64,000 nt of DNA from Octopus vulgaris. Its lineage: Eukaryota. Below are positions 29,675-47,841 of the stretch, one piece after another. A program made the position numbers and the translations under genes. Under the pieces are notes generated by a model. The model was not told where the DNA came from. It saw only the letters and a list, made by a program, of their open reading frames with translations, and did no database searches. Location: NCBI GenBank assembly GCA_951406725.2, contig OX597831.1, forward strand, positions 59,768,001 through 59,832,000. The letters run 5' to 3'. How positions within the stretch are numbered: position 1 is the first letter of the stretch; every line of letters starts with the position of its first letter.

Positions 29675-29929
29675 ATATGTTTGTGTGTCTGTGTTTGTCT
29701 CCCCCCCCCAACATCGCTTGACAACGGATGCTGATGTGTTTACGTCCACGTAACTTAGCGGTTCGGCAAAAGAGACCGATAGAATAAGTACTAGGCTTAT
29801 GAAGAATAAGTCGTGGGGTCGATTTGCTCGACTAAAAGAAGCGGTGTTCCAGCATGGCCACAGTCAAATGACTGAAACAAATAAGTAGAGAGTAAAGTAA
29901 ATATCATTATTATCATTATTATTAATTTA

Positions 29930-30480
29930 AAGTTCTCAGCTTATTTTGCAAGGTATGATGGAACGTGTCAGCTGTCCACTGCCAGCAGACATATGTCACA
30001 TTTTTTCCCTGATTATGCTTCATGAACTCTGCAGAGAACATTGCAATTCCAAGCAATTATGCGTTTTGGAAGTGTTCTATATTTACACCAGTACGAATCA
30101 TTTTTACCCATGTTAGCAGTTGACAGCTGATACTCCCTAGCGTGCCAACTACTATTGGCATCATGTCCACGCTCTTCATTGATCTTCTCTGCGTATTTTG
30201 CCTCTTGAAATCGTCATAATTGGTAAGTTTTTCTTCTTTCACTTCCATCCTGGTGTCATCAAGACATGCTACCTCAATTATCAGGCAAGGTGCTTTCTTT
30301 TTTGCCTTCAGTATGTTTACAGAGAAACTTCATTCGGTCTCAGTACGAGAATGCAGTTCACCTCTACAAGCACTATAATCTTCAAATCGTTCATAATCGA
30401 CAGATGATAAATTGGCCCAGTATTTGTCTAGTTAGAAAAGAGGTCCCATCACTCTCAGAAACTTGGTAAGATGCTAGCAA
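29930..30480 (-). mobile_element. R4/Dong-like LINE 3' fragment (restriction-like endonuclease end)
   Basis: KEEKLTNYDDF...MMPIVVGTLGSI; ends near a short TAA-like tract. Confidence 0.75.
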
Positions 30481-30833
30481 TAAACAATAAGAGTGACATT
30501 ATGTTTCCTTGAAAGATTCCCTTCTTGATGTCACATTTTTTCGTGTTGTCTTCTACCTGCTGTTAGAACTGACTTCAAGTTTTTTACCATACTGTTTTTG
30601 TATAAATAAATCATATTTTTGCTGCCCCCACCATCTCCGGGCATTTCAGAAATCACGAGTCGGTGCTCCGTCGAGCTAATTACAGATAACAGACATAATG
30701 TCACAAAGCTGCCATTATGACATCATCGGGAGTTAAACCTCCATTCCTTACAATGGTATATTCCTTCTATTAATATTCTACTCCGATTTTAGGTACAGGT
30801 TTTATGCGTACGCAAACCATTCCTAATATTTAC

Positions 30834-30942
30834 CTATTAACTTTTTCGTACTTCCTATAAATACATCCATCTTCTTGCACAATATTTTTTTCCGCTGTGT
30901 CATCTCCTTGGGCATCAGAATATATATTTGTCAAAACTTTAT
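30834..30942 (-). CDS. Candidate 109-nt internal exon (KVLTNIYSDAQGDDTAEKNIVQEDGCIYRKYEKVN)
   Basis: Strong polypyrimidine acceptor ttgttcttgttctctttcttag, AG|GTAAAT donor, single open frame (phase 1 to 2). Confidence 0.5.
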
Positions 30943-31615
30943 CTAAGAAAGAGAACAAGAACAACGAGATGAATAACCAAACAGAAACCTTTTTTGTAGA
31001 GAAGAAACATAAAGAACACAAAGTATTGTTTTTCAGTAAAATATTTTCCTGCTACCCTTTTACTGAAGATTCTATTAACACTGTGTTATTTTAGTTTTCT
31101 CGAAAGAATGGAAGAATTGTTATATATACGATCTTATTTTTCATTACTTAATCTTGAAGAAACATTTCCTTACTATTTCCTTGCCATTCCAAAAATTATA
31201 TTTCATAAACACATAATCCTCATCTTGTGTATATTCATGATGTGCATAAACTTCATGTCAGCTATTGCAAAAGTAAAATGCAGGTAATTCAATGCAGCTG
31301 CAACACAAGTTTAAAAGTAATCTAAACATAGGTCACATGAGTTAATATGTCAGTAATAGAAATTGCAATTCCAACAAAGAAATGTTTCTTTTTCAAAAAG
31401 AAAAAAATATATAAATATTTAACTACTTTTAATATTAGATGGCGAGTAAGATGCTACGTCGACAGAACATATCATAAGAAAAAATTGAAACCCGTTAGTT
31501 AATGTTCTGTCTATAGAAAAATATGTTGCACACGTTTTTTTCACAGAAAATATGCACCAAAGTTAATATCCCGTTTATTATAATCAATGGCAGTAGCTTC
31601 AATTCCAATATTTAC

Positions 31616-31703
<88 letters not shown>

Positions 31704-31902
31704 ATATATACCAATCTATACACACATAGATATATACGTATGTAAATACACGCATACGCGTTAAATCTGCTACTTATGAGCATTACAAATATTATGTAAT
31801 CATGAGCACTGTGAAACAGATGTGGAGATAAAAATGTATGTATTCTCTCCTTAGGTTCCACTAGTTTTTTTTTCCTCCGTGCAAAAGTAAATTTATTTGC
31901 CA

Positions 31903-31972
<70 letters not shown>

Positions 31973-32229
31973 GTATTTAAATAAACTTCATTTTCACTTT
32001 TGAAGATTCAGTATAACCATAATTCGAATTATTAATTGAATTTAAATTATCGTTATTCGAATTAGGTTATGGGCATCAAACGATCGTAGTGGTTTTACTC
32101 TTTAATATTATATTAAACATTTTAATACTTTTTGATAGTTATATATATTTAATAAATAAATTAAAATATATATATATATAAATAAAAATAAAAACAAATA
32201 AATAAATAAATAAATAAAAATAAAAATAA

Positions 32230-32280
<51 letters not shown>

Positions 32281-32440
32281 TTAATAATTTTTAATTTTTA
32301 ATTTTTAACTTTAAATTTAAATAATTCAAATTTTGAATTCTATATTTCATATATTTTGTATATTATATCAATTTTATTTCTGTTTTGGTTTATGTTTTTC
32401 ACTATTTGATTTGCCTAATAGTTGTTTTATCTCTAATTTA

Positions 32441-32479
<39 letters not shown>

Positions 32480-32482
32480 GTG

Positions 32483-32526
<44 letters not shown>

Positions 32527-32629
32527 AATATAAATATCCATATGCGTGTACAAATGTGCTCATATTCTGGGTTTATGTATTGTATCAATATTATATATAT
32601 ATATATATATATATAATGTGTGTGTATAC

Positions 32630-33200
32630 TAGATAGTACTCAAAAGTAACTAGAAGTGTTCCCTGTGTGACGCTCAAGCATCGGTCTGCTGACCGGAGTC
32701 ATCTGTTATAGCCGTACTGCAACGTGGTGCATTTTCGGTGCTCACTGATTTTCCCATGTTCGTTGAGTTCTGCGATAGTTGAAAGGAAGGAACAACCTGC
32801 TTCCGTGAAATTCTATTTACTGCTGGGGAGTACGGTGGTTGAAACAAGTGCCAAATTTCAAATAGCTTACAAAGATACTTCCATGAGCAATGCGTTTGCT
32901 TGCGAGTGGTTTCCACGATTTAGGAACGGTTACTTGTAGCTTAAAGACGAATCTCGTTCAGAATAACCATAGACCTTCTGAACGAATGAAAAAAGCATGA
33001 ACATTTCATGAACTGATCTTGGACGAACGTCAGTGAACAATTGACAAACATTTTGATATGACTGGTGATCCTGGAGACAACGAACTTTCCGCGAGGAATT
33101 GCGAATGAAAAGAGTTGCAAAAACTTTGTGCCTCGCTTTTTCACGGAATTTCACCGGCAGGTGTGTTGTGTGCCTGACTGATACCTCTAAACACATCTAC
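32630..33200 (+). mobile_element. Highly decayed mariner-like transposon, N-terminal region
   Basis: VKFYLLLG..ETSAKFQIAYKDTSMSNAFACEWFPRFRNG and MKRV-like segment, typical of mariner HTH regions. Confidence 0.65.
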
Positions 33201-33394
33201 CCATCTATGAAAGAGCTATGTTCGCCCTTTCTACACTGCACACCCGTAAACTTCGCAAACTATAAGGGATAGAAAATACGCACCTGCCTATATATGGATG
33301 GATGTATATATGCATGTATGTATATATGTATGTATGTATGTATGTATCTATCTATCTATATATCTCTCTCTCTATATATATACATATATATTTA

Positions 33395-33434
<40 letters not shown>

Positions 33435-33493
33435 TAGATATATATATATATATATATAAATATATATATACATACATACATACATATATAAAT

Positions 33494-33766
33494 AAAATTT
33501 AAAGGACTGACAACTAAAAGTGGACGGTCAACATGCTAGATATAGACGTCAAAATCGCTATTTTCCGCGAAGAATGTGTGTCTCAAATTTGAGAACACAT
33601 TCTTCGTGGAAAAATAGCGATTTTGTGTCTATATCTAGCATGTTGACCGTCCACTTTTAGTGGTCAGTCCTTTAAATTTTGTATGTAAAATATTTTAATC
33701 TTCGGATTTTTTTAATATGCTAGGCCACTGGTTTTAATTGATTAATATCAATTTCTACCCTTATTC

Positions 33767-33770
<4 letters not shown>
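33494..33770 (+). mobile_element. Fold-back PLE-like 3' relic between (TA)n tracts
   Basis: Loopless imperfect palindrome 33494-33680 centred on TCTCAAA|TTTGAGA; tail contains CTAGGCCACTGGT. Confidence 0.75.
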
Positions 33771-33827
<57 letters not shown>

Positions 33828-33830
<3 letters not shown>

Positions 33831-35171
33831 TTGCGGCTAAAATGTTCAGAACGGCATAGTTTTCGACAGAAAAATGGGTATAAGTTTTTATCAAAGTTGT
33901 TCTATATTCTATAATTTTTACAGGCAATAAATACTATATTATTTGTTATTGTCTGATATTTTAGTGTAATGTGAGAGGATAATACAAAAGTTATGGATGA
34001 TTTAGTGATTTACTGCAAAACCCATGGTGGCCAAAATGATCAGAACGGTTGCTTTTACTTCATGTTTTAGTATATGTAACCGTCGAACTCTAATGTTTTG
34101 AATTTGTTTATGTGACAGTTCGTTTACTAAACATTAGTAAGAATATCTGCTGTGTACTTTGTTAATATAATGCCACTTACTCCGTTACCAATTCGTCATC
34201 AGATTATTAAGCTTGGAAAGAAGGATAGCTTAAGTATTAGGTTTATTGCAAAGATTATTAACAAGTCAAAAAGTGTTGTTCACGGTATTCTTAAGGTCTA
34301 CGATGATTGTGGTTCGTGTGAAGCAAAAACATCTACAGGTAGGCGAAGAAAAACGACCAAGAGAGAAGATCGTGCTATGGTAAAGTTGGTTAAAAAGGAC
34401 AGATTTAAAACTGCTGCTGCTGTTTTCCGGGAAATGAGCATAGTACTGAAGAAAACTTTATCTCGAAAAACTGTTTCGTCCTTTAGTTGAACATGACCTA
34501 CAAGCAAGAGCACCTGCAGTGAAGACACTGATCAGCTCCAAGAATAGAAAGTGTCGTCTTACCTTTGCAACCGAACATGTGTTGTGGTCTCAAGAAAAAT
34601 GGCAAACGGTGCATTTCAGCGATGAATCTAAGTCTATGTTATTTGGCTCAGATGGGAAAAGGTACGTTTGTCGAAAAATTGTCACCTAAATGCCTTAAGA
34701 CTAGTGTTAAATTCGGTAGAGGAAGTGTCATAGTTTGGGGGATGATATCTGGAGATGGTGTGGCCCCTTTGGTGCGATTACAACCGAGCAATATTGGAAT
34801 GCCCATCAGGTAGAATTGAATAAGATCACCCAGCAAGAAATTGAAAATTTAATTTTCCCCATGCAGTCAAAAATGTCAAGTTTTGATTGACGCTAAAGGA
34901 CTTCACACTAAATATGAAATAATTCCAGCATTCTCTGTCACTTTTTGATTATTTTGTTATTTTTTCAACCGTTCTGATCATTTTGGCCACCATGTGTTTT
35001 GCATTAAATCACTATATCATCCATAACTTTTGTATTATCCACTCAAATTACACCAAATTCTCACACAATACCAATTTATATCGTATTTATTGTCTGTGAA
35101 AACAACTTTGTTAAAAACTTATACCTACTTTTCTGACGAAAACAATGCCGTTCTGAACATTTTGACCGCAA

Positions 35172-35174
<3 letters not shown>
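33828..35174 (+). mobile_element. Tc1 transposon with ~210-225-bp IR/DR terminal inverted repeats; transposase pseudogene with internal deletion
   Basis: TA|CAGTTGCGG...CCGCAACTG|TA; outer and inner DR GG.YAAAATG.TCAGAACGG; GRRRKTT, VHFSDESK and SVIVWGMI motifs with frameshifts. Confidence 0.95.
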
Positions 35175-35244
<70 letters not shown>

Positions 35245-35336
35245 GAATTAGAGATAAAAGTTTATATATTCATACTTTGAAATTTGATTTAATACTAAAT
35301 CTAATTTTTCCCTGTAAGTTTGGAGCCAAATTCCCA

Positions 35337-35467
<131 letters not shown>

Positions 35468-36649
35468 CATATGCATATATGTATGCTTCTCTCGGTGACT
35501 TGGTATGATGTTTTAAGCGCCATGCATCGAATCACGAATACATCGTAGTGACTCTTATAACCACAAAAACATTTGATTAATGTTAGGTGTATCGAAATAT
35601 TTAAATATGTAACCACCGACACTATTGTTCACGGATGCGATATAAAATAACTAAACATTTTATCACAGAAAATATAATGAAAGCAAATAGTTGTACTACT
35701 TAATCACATCGAAACCGCGACAACAGTAACGTTTAAATTAATAAGATTTTGCTGTGTTATCTAATAACTGAAGTCTTACATCAAGTTAATTAGCCATTAT
35801 TAATTAACATACATGAACAATTTTTAATTATAAATGAGAGAATTATGGCCGAAATATTGACAATTAGTAATTGACATAGGCATTCTACCATAGTGGAATA
35901 TGTGATAATTGCAGTTGGCTTTACCATAATCATCATTATTACCCTCTTTTTCGTCATCATCATTACCAGGATTAGTATTTTCAATATGTTACATTTATCC
36001 ATCGCATATTCATCGTTTACATGTATAACATAGCTGTTATTCGTATAAATATCATCAAAAATATGATGAATGTATTTAAATGAGGAAGGTCAGGCTCTTC
36101 TCTTGGAGCATCAAATCCTGCTGATCTTCATATCCCACATACTCATATCCATATCTTTATTGAAATTATCATATTCTAAGTGAAATTCATTAGTTGCTTA
36201 ATTATTCGCTTCAACTACAATAAATATCATACCTTACGGTATTTGCGGTGTCTAGTTGCACCAGGCATTAAATACGTGATTGACAATCGTATTAGACAAA
36301 TGCTTTAATTAGCAACGCAAAAAGTTAAACAAGTTGACGAAGCTTACATTGAATAAGCCAGAAAAAGTATCTAAAGCAATACATGTAAATATACCGTCTT
36401 TCATTTACCATACAGATATATATATATATATATATATATAATACATGCGAAAGCGAATGTCAGTGTATCAGTGTGTCACACTTTTTCACTTTACTCCCAC
36501 TCCCTCTCATTATTCAACGACACTTATAAATGTATCAAGTAGTTTAACGACAGCAGGGTGCTTCATAATTTTCGGAACTGAAATACGCATTGAACACAAT
36601 CTCCCATACCATATTACTTCTCATAACTCTCTACCATAAAAATGTATAC

Positions 36650-39390
<2,741 letters not shown>

Positions 39391-41909
39391 ATGATATAAA
39401 TAGTCATATTTACCTCACTCCTATTCTCTACATTTTCAATGAGGTTAATTTTCCATCTAATTTTATTCTATCGAAGAAGCAGTCTCTGGAATTTTGCAAT
39501 AAACACACAGCCGAAAGAAGGTTAAGCTTAGTCATGATTATACTTGTAATACATTTCCTTTCTTTATATACACTATTCTACTGATTAGTAATCGTTTTCA
39601 TTAATTACTGATACTTCCTAATTGCCTGAGAAAATTCTCTACATATTTCGCAAATACAGCGAAAGATAATTAGATTATTAATTATAGGATACCTCATTGT
39701 TCTTGAAGCCAGTGAACCATATCTGAATGCTTGATAATCAGGTTAGTGTTGATTGATTATCGGTGTTGTTGAAGGATGGTTTCATAACTGCTGCAATCAA
39801 TAACTAAAATAATGGAAGCTACATGACAGCGTCCTTCATGTCGTCTCTTTCTTTATCTAACACATACTAGTTTGGTCTTTACGTATGCTGTTTCAGTATT
39901 TACGTCACATGTAGTATATTGAATAACACATACAGGTATGAAAATGCATACCTCAGAATCGATAATTACAACTATTTCTCAGATATATCACCTATTATCT
40001 GTAACATTGTATATAATTATTTCAGACCTATACGTATTACCTGTACACAATCAAATCAGAATTAAATTGTAAACGTTATATATCTATATCTATATGTACG
40101 TATACACAACGTTGACACGCATGGTGTGGTGATGTCTTACAGGGAGAAAATTTATTCAGAAAGATGCTGTGTTAAATACTAAATATATATTAGAGCCAGA
40201 AAAACAAAACCCGTCCCAGCTGCAATTTCTAGACACCCCAGACGCTTCATACCTTTCTCTTCGGCATTTTTCAATGTCGTTTACCCTGTAATCATATGTC
40301 CAGACTCAGTCTGTCTCCTCGAATATTTTGCGTACAGTGAATAATAGTCTCACTAAACTTTCGAAACTTTCCGGATTTAACATACGTACGTTAAGTATAA
40401 AACACAGATGGCATTTATTGATATTCATTTTTCTTTTTAAAACGTACGGCTATGAAACAAAATTAGTGGGTGAATATTTCACTGTTCATTGCATGAACGA
40501 TTATTATGATTATGAGTTCAAATACATTGGAAGGAAATGGAAATTATATTGCTTAATTTAGGGATAATTTTGCGAATCGGTTCCGTTACACTAAACAACA
40601 GATATAGCTTAGAATATCGCCAGGATATATTTTCTGTTCAGTGAGAGTTGTTCCTGACCTATGTCTCATATTCAGGTTTATGTATTCAAAATTTTAAAAA
40701 ATACAAAGTCAATAAAGCAAGTAAACTCAGTGAATTTAATGCATTTGTCTACATTCGACGGAAATTGACCTCTCGGAAGAAACACTAATATAACATTAGT
40801 TTTCAGTGGGGATATGAAGAAATTCAAGCCTGTATTAAGAAAGATTTTATGTGTCTCATGACAGTTAGGCGCATAGCAAGTACAACAGGTAAAAAGTAAC
40901 ATTATACAGAGGCGTATAATTTTCTTGAAAAAGTATCCATTGAAGCATACTATGTATACTTCACGCGAAATGTATCCTTCAGATGCATGCCTGAATAAAT
41001 TTTTATCTGGACCCAGATACGGTTCTTTTGTAGTTACTGCAGTTCAAATATATATACTTTAAATATCTTCGCGGATAGAAAGTAAAAAATATCTAACTAT
41101 CCTCTCCCTTTCTATTTATATTAAATAGTAATTGATAGTATCAAACTAATGTGATTTGAATTAGGAGCATTGAAATATTAGAATCTACAATCAACTGCAA
41201 GGTTTGATCTATCTATTACTTAATTGTAAACGAGATGACTAGAAAAGGTGCAATTACATAATGCGATTGTTTTTATAAGTTACTAAAATAAGCATGCCAG
41301 AGCCAAAATATGTAGACACATTTAAACTTATAAACAATGCAAAAGTGTTTCAATTTCACATTATCAACCTCTCTGGCAGTATAAAAAAGACATACGATTT
41401 ATGGTTAAAATATGAAACAAATAAAAGCAAAAACTATATAGAATCATTCAATCGAAGATAAGATGCTTTAGATAAAAGGATAATAAAATTTAAAGCAAAA
41501 TTGATCAAATCATAGAATCAACACACATAAACAACTAATAGACATAAATCAACACAGACATAAACGCACAAACCATATATCCACCTCAGCACCCGCGAAT
41601 AAACATCTGAGAACATCACAGCATAGCACAAAACGTCATATATACACTAAATACACTACAACATTAATGAAAATATAAAACGACTACACAAAAATTTTAT
41701 AGAATATATAAATTCAACAAGAAAGTGAATACGCGAGAATACATATATACACACATATACACATCAGACCCAGGGTGCCTTAATTTTATAAAGGTTACAG
41801 CACGTGTTTTATGCTTATGTAGCGTACTGTAAATACCCTATAAGTTGCACATCTACATTTAACATTAAGCGTTACGTTGGAACACGAACTAAGAGAAACA
41901 TTTCTTTCT

Positions 41910-42060
41910 AAATTTGGCACAAGTCTAGCAATTTTATGGATGTAGTAAATTGATTGAATCAACACCAGTATTCAACTGGTACTTATATTATCGAAACTCG
42001 AAATGAAGAAACTCAAGGTTTACTTCGGTGGTATTTGAACTCAGAAAGTAAAGAACGCAG
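41910..42060 (-). mobile_element. Degenerate SINE fragment (family of 11968-12545)
   Basis: CAACTGGTACTTAT..TCGA..GAAACTCAAGGTTTACTTCGGTGGTATTTGAACTCAGAA. Confidence 0.7.
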
Positions 42061-42067
42061 AAAGTAA

Positions 42068-42500
42068 AGGCGTAGAAGTGATTGTGTGGTAAGTAGCTTC
42101 CTTACGAACTACATGGTTCCGGATTCAGTCCCACGGCGTGGCACCTTGGGCAACTGTCTTCTACTATAGTCTCGGGCCGACCAAAGCGTTGTGAGTAGAT
42201 TTAGTAGACGGAAACTGAAAGACGTGCGCCGTGTATATGTATATGTATATATATATATTTATATATGTGTGTGTGTGTGTGTGTGTTTGTGTGTCTTGTG
42301 TGCCCCCCCCCCTCAACATCGCTTCACAACCGATGCTGGTGTGTTTACGTCGCCGTAACTTAGCGGTTCGGCAAAATACACCGATAGAATAAATACTGGG
42401 CTTACAACGAATAAGTCCTGGTGGCGATTCGCTCGACTAAAGGCGGTGCTCCAGCATGGCTACAGTCACATGACTGAAACAAGTTATAGAGTAAAAGAGT
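42068..42500 (+). mobile_element. Full-length CORE-like tRNA SINE
   Basis: A/B-box head, GGCACCTTGGGCAA core-like segment, internal (TA)/(TG) repeats, tail CCAGCATGGCTACAGTCACATGACTGAAAC. Confidence 0.88.
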
Positions 42501-44143
42501 AATCAGAAGGAATAGTGATAGGAAACGTGTCCGATTCCCTAACGATCCTTCTAGCTCACCGAATTTACATAAAGCAGTACCTATCAAACATACAGAGATT
42601 CATTTCTAGGTAAAATCTGGAAGAGTTTTCAGGACGAAATGCATCAATATAAGTGCATTCACTGAATATCACATTTTGTATTTTTGTTAAAAGAAGTTAT
42701 AAGATATATACGTAAATCATAATTGTAAGCAAAATTAACATAACTGCTATTAACAACAGTAACGCATATATAACTAACAAATCTTATACCATGTCATTCC
42801 TATCCTATTTGCCATCCTCATTACTAGCTTTGTCTAATCCTTATAATCATTAGCATAAACTCCTAGTTATCAACATCATATTCTATTTGTAATAAATGTG
42901 CTCTCCAACTTATTATCATCATAATCGCCGTCATCAATATATTCATGGAGGACACCGATATACTTTAGAAAAAACTGCATCATAATTACATCGTTATTAC
43001 CATCATCCTCATCATGGACAACAACAACTTCTACACAATTACCATCCTCTTTCGTATAATTACCATCCACGTTTTCTTTTTCCAATATCAATTGCTACCA
43101 TCGATAGCGTCATCAACAATATTACTTCTTACAATATTGAATAAATGATGATAGTTATCTAATACAGTAATGAAGGTAAGTGCCAGTTTGTCTATATAGT
43201 TTTCCTCTGTTGTAGGTTCCTCAAAGACAACAAAGGAAGATAGTGATTGCTAAATTAAATCAAATTTCATGACGCCTTTTATTATCTCTACGCATTACAT
43301 TGTTCACTAATCATTATTTATTGTATGCACATTATCAGCATTAGACTTATTGCTTTGTTGATTTGCACGCTCTGAAAAGAAATTATATGTTCATCTACTT
43401 TTTAACACACAACTTAATACAATATTTTGATCCGGGTGTATAAGGCTTGTTTGGTACATTCATGATAAACATATTGATTTTAAAAAAAAATAAAATCTTT
43501 TCAACAAATTTCGGCTGAATTCTCTAGTATTTCTTTCTCTTCCAGGGTTACACGACGCATTGTGTTTTATCTGTGTAGAACTGTGCTTGTATTATGTAAA
43601 AGGGATTTCGTTGTTGTTTTTCTACAATGCTTTGTGTTACTTTAGCGTTTCATACGCATTGTGTTTTTTTGGCAGTGAATGATACGCGTGATATTTCGTA
43701 ATGGTGATTGGACTTTTTATGTGCTGATTGAATTCTGTTACGTATTTTGTTTTGCTAATAGTAGTGTTTGTAATGAAAAGAGCATTGTATGAGTTAATCG
43801 TGTTGTGAAGAATATGCTCTATTTTAGGATGTCGAATAAGTAAGATTATGTACTGCACATTATTGTTTGGAGATTTTATGTATCATGTGAAAATGAACTT
43901 ACATTATATCCGTTAGTAGATAGCGCATCTCTCTCAAAATCTGTCGTACTGTAACGGGAAATATGTGTAAATAATTTGGTGGGATGATTTCAGGGTGCGG
44001 CGGGTGAGAGAAGGGAATACTTTCAGTTACATAAAAATTTACGTGTGTGAGAGAGCGGGAGAGGGAGAGAGTGACAGAAGGAGAAAGGGAGAAAGAAGGA
44101 GAGTGCGTGTATGTGTATACGCACGTAAATATGCACATGCGTA

Positions 44144-44203
<60 letters not shown>

Positions 44204-44204
44204 T

Positions 44205-44574
44205 TTCTTTTTTAACTTGTTTTAGTCATTTGATTGCGGCCAAGATGGAGTACGGTCCTTGGTCAAACGAATCGCCACCCGGATTTATTCTTTACAAGCC
44301 TAGTATTTGTTCTACCAGACTCTTTTGCCGAACTGCTAATTTTCACGGACGTAAACACACCAATCTCGGTGGGGTGCAAACACAGCTACAAACACATACA
44401 CATACACACATCTATATACATGAGTGGACTCTTTCAGTTTCTCTCTACCAAACCCACTCATAATGATTTGGTCGGACTCGAGATTATAGTAGAAGACAAG
44501 ATGCCACGCAGTAGGACCGAACCCGGAGACATATAGTTGGGAAGCAAGTTTTTTACCACACGGACACTCCTGTG

Positions 44575-44576
<2 letters not shown>
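44205..44576 (-). mobile_element. CORE-like SINE, diverged
   Basis: Reverse complement of the 42068-42500 family. Confidence 0.82.
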
Positions 44577-44653
<77 letters not shown>

Positions 44654-44692
44654 ATGCATATGCATGTGTGTGTATATATGCATATGTGTTAT

Positions 44693-45064
44693 TAAAGAAC
44701 CTTGAGAGGCGGTTGGATGGAACTTACACTCGCCTACTTATGAGAGCTCAAAATCTCTCGTGGAAGTGCCATCCAACCAAAGTACAAATATATGAGAAAT
44801 TCCCACCTTTATCACCTCTTGTGAAAGGTAGAAGAGTCCAGTTTGCTGGACATTGTTGTAGAGCTGAAAACGAGGTAATTTCTACTCTTCTCCTCTGGAA
44901 GCACTCTGCTCGCGATACCAGAGGGCGCACACACTCCTACCCTGATGTAATCTCCAGGGATACATGTATCCAGCAACAGGACCTCCGTAATGATGATGGG
45001 CCGTGAAGTCTGGCGTAACATAGTAAATTCCATTGTATCGACCACGGTCGAACAACGATGATGA
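44693..45064 (+). mobile_element. RTE-clade LINE 3' fragment
   Basis: LDGTYTRLLMRAQNLSW..RRVQFAGHCCR..LLLW..RGR..DREVWR; (GAT)n tail. Confidence 0.85.
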
Positions 45065-46109
45065 TATATATATATATATGCGTGTGTGTGCGCGTGTGTT
45101 TTTGTCTGTGTGTATGTATGCATTTATATATGTGTGTGTGTGTATAACACACACACGCTTACACACATATATTACATTGCTCGTTCATCGCAGACACTAC
45201 AGTTGTTGGGAAAATGTAGGTGGGGTGTCGACCCAAAGTATTTGAGCTATACTTCCTTTTGTCATATTTTATCTAATGCCCGGATGTTTTATAAATTATG
45301 TTGTTTTTAGCGAATTTACGTGAAGTTTTCTTTCGTTTTCAAACTGTTTTTATTGTCCATCATATGCAAAACAGTCTTGTCGAATGTATGACTTAAAATC
45401 TAGCTTCGTATGTTTTCATTGTATATCTTTCTTCCTGTTCTTTCTTATCGTAAATAATAGTCAATATGTCATTGGTAATTTTTTCGTACGTATTCAATAT
45501 ATCAAGCACATTTAAATTACAAGGCCATTTTGAATTTTCCTTTTTCCTAGCTTAGAAAATTGCACCGCAAATCATCGCTTATTGAAGTTCAATGGCATAG
45601 TTTTACAAAAAAGTTGCCATACACCGAATGTGGTGCCGAATGAATTTACAATCAGTTTTTCACTCCCATGTGACGCTTGTTGCTCAAAATTTAATTCTGT
45701 CCGTAGTAGCATGGCGTATCTATGTCTATTTCGATTATGCACTGAGATTTCGCACTGTATACAGAGCAAATTATATTTATAACTTATAACTGATTTATCT
45801 TTACTTGAAATTCGTTTATTTTCTCAAAATCTACTTTTAGAGACTTTGTAGCTGAGCAGTGATCATTTGCAATTAAATTAGAGCTACTTTCCCTTTTATA
45901 CTATATTATTTAAAGAATTGTTCTCTTTCAGAGTAACTAAACTAGCGTGCAATGGTTACTTGAAACATCTGTGAAGCCACATTTCTCGAAATCGGCATTA
46001 TATATTCAATGTGTTATTATTATTCCTTCTCTTTCATTTCTACGTTCGTTATATAAATTCCTCTCACAGTAATATGTTCCTTGACTTTTCTTCTATTTCT
46101 TATTTTCTA

Positions 46110-46330
46110 CTTATTGCAGGCATTGACCTGCAGCCATGCCGGGGAACCACCTTGCAGAATTTGGAGCTGAATGTATCGCCGCTAGTAATTATGTTTCAAA
46201 GGCTGATATTCATTCCATCTTTCTGTTTTACCGAATGTCAGGATTATGGGGATGTAAACACATCCAACACCGGTTGTCAAGTGTCGGTGATTGTGGAGGA
46301 ACAAATGGAAATACAAGCACACACGCACGA
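46110..46330 (-). mobile_element. Old SINE fragment
   Basis: CAGCCATGCCGGGGAACCACC..GTAAACACATCCAACACCGGTTGTCAAG resembles the reversed SINE tail. Confidence 0.6.
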
Positions 46331-46494
46331 TAAAGGTAATCAATTGATTTAATAGTATCATTTTATTATTTTATTTTACGTTACATCGATGAAGCATTTT
46401 TTCATACTTATTACTTATTTATTATTGAATTATCTTATTTGTTCCCCATCTCGATAATTTAATCTACAGTAAGTTATAACAATATAAATATATA

Positions 46495-46548
<54 letters not shown>

Positions 46549-46998
46549 CAAACGACGAAGACATGTGCTGTAGACAATAGACATATATATTAGTATAACG
46601 CTCGGGAAGTGAAGAAATTCTTTAATGTTTCGAGCCTACTCACTTTTACAGAAAGGAACACAGAAAAAAAACAAAGAGAGAAATAAAAAAATGTGTAGTG
46701 GCTATACTTCTTAAATATTTAAGTTTTAGATAATGATTATTTAATAATTACATCCCCTTGTAATCATAATTATTTTCAGGCCACATGCGACATAAACCCT
46801 TAAGAAATTTTATTTATATTGATATATGCGACCATTCTTTTTGAAACAAAGCACCTTAGTTTTTACGTTATGTTGATTTAAAGTATACAGGAAGACTATT
46901 TTAAAAAAATATTAACCAATCAAATTCTTGTTTGATATTACGTGATCCCTACTAATATTTTTCTAGGGGTGAGTGTATAATTTTTGCATGTTTACTTG

Positions 46999-47031
<33 letters not shown>

Positions 47032-47677
47032 TGTACAAGCTTTATATGGACAAAATACGCGTCATATGTGATGGCATATAATTATGCTTGTGGGTATGTG
47101 CGTATGTATATAAATATATATATATATATAAATATATATATATGTGTGTGTGTGTATGTATATGCAGTGAATAAAAAAGTGAATGCTTTTGACAGGTCTT
47201 AATATGTTTATGCTTTTTTAGATAGATTTCTCTCAATTTTATACAAAACTTACCAAAGTATTTATTTTATATCTACGTTCGTATGATATACTTTTTCACT
47301 GTAACTTGCTATTCAACCACTATTTATGTACCCATTATAACCCTAAATATTTTTACATATTGTCCATTACCCACTAAATCAACATATAATCCATAACCTG
47401 TGCATATACCAATATGAGCCACAAAATTATATTCATTCTGCTGTGAGGATTCTAAAATAAAACACATTAAATCCTAAGGACATAACTTTCTTCTGCTCCC
47501 ATGAAGAGGTTTAGCCTACATTTTCCATTTACATTCATTTGAATGATTGTAAACCATGGTTTAGAAACAAACCAATTGTTTTACGAATACAATTATTCAC
47601 AATGAATATTGTGTAGGGAACCAGTAATTCTTTGGATGACAGCATCCCTTAATGACGCTAATCTAACCTCTAATTGA

Positions 47678-47728
<51 letters not shown>

Positions 47729-47841
47729 CGGGAAGCTTTATGAAAATAAACAAAAGACGAAGGCAGGTGGAAAACAAACGAACAATTGTATTAGTATGGC
47801 GCTCAGGAAATATAAATAAAACAAGTTTTTATATATATATA

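Noticed and set aside
30830-31021. ORF resembling a signal-peptide protein
   Set aside because: Starts at TTG; the hydrophobic part is a polypyrimidine splice tract, reinterpreted as an internal exon
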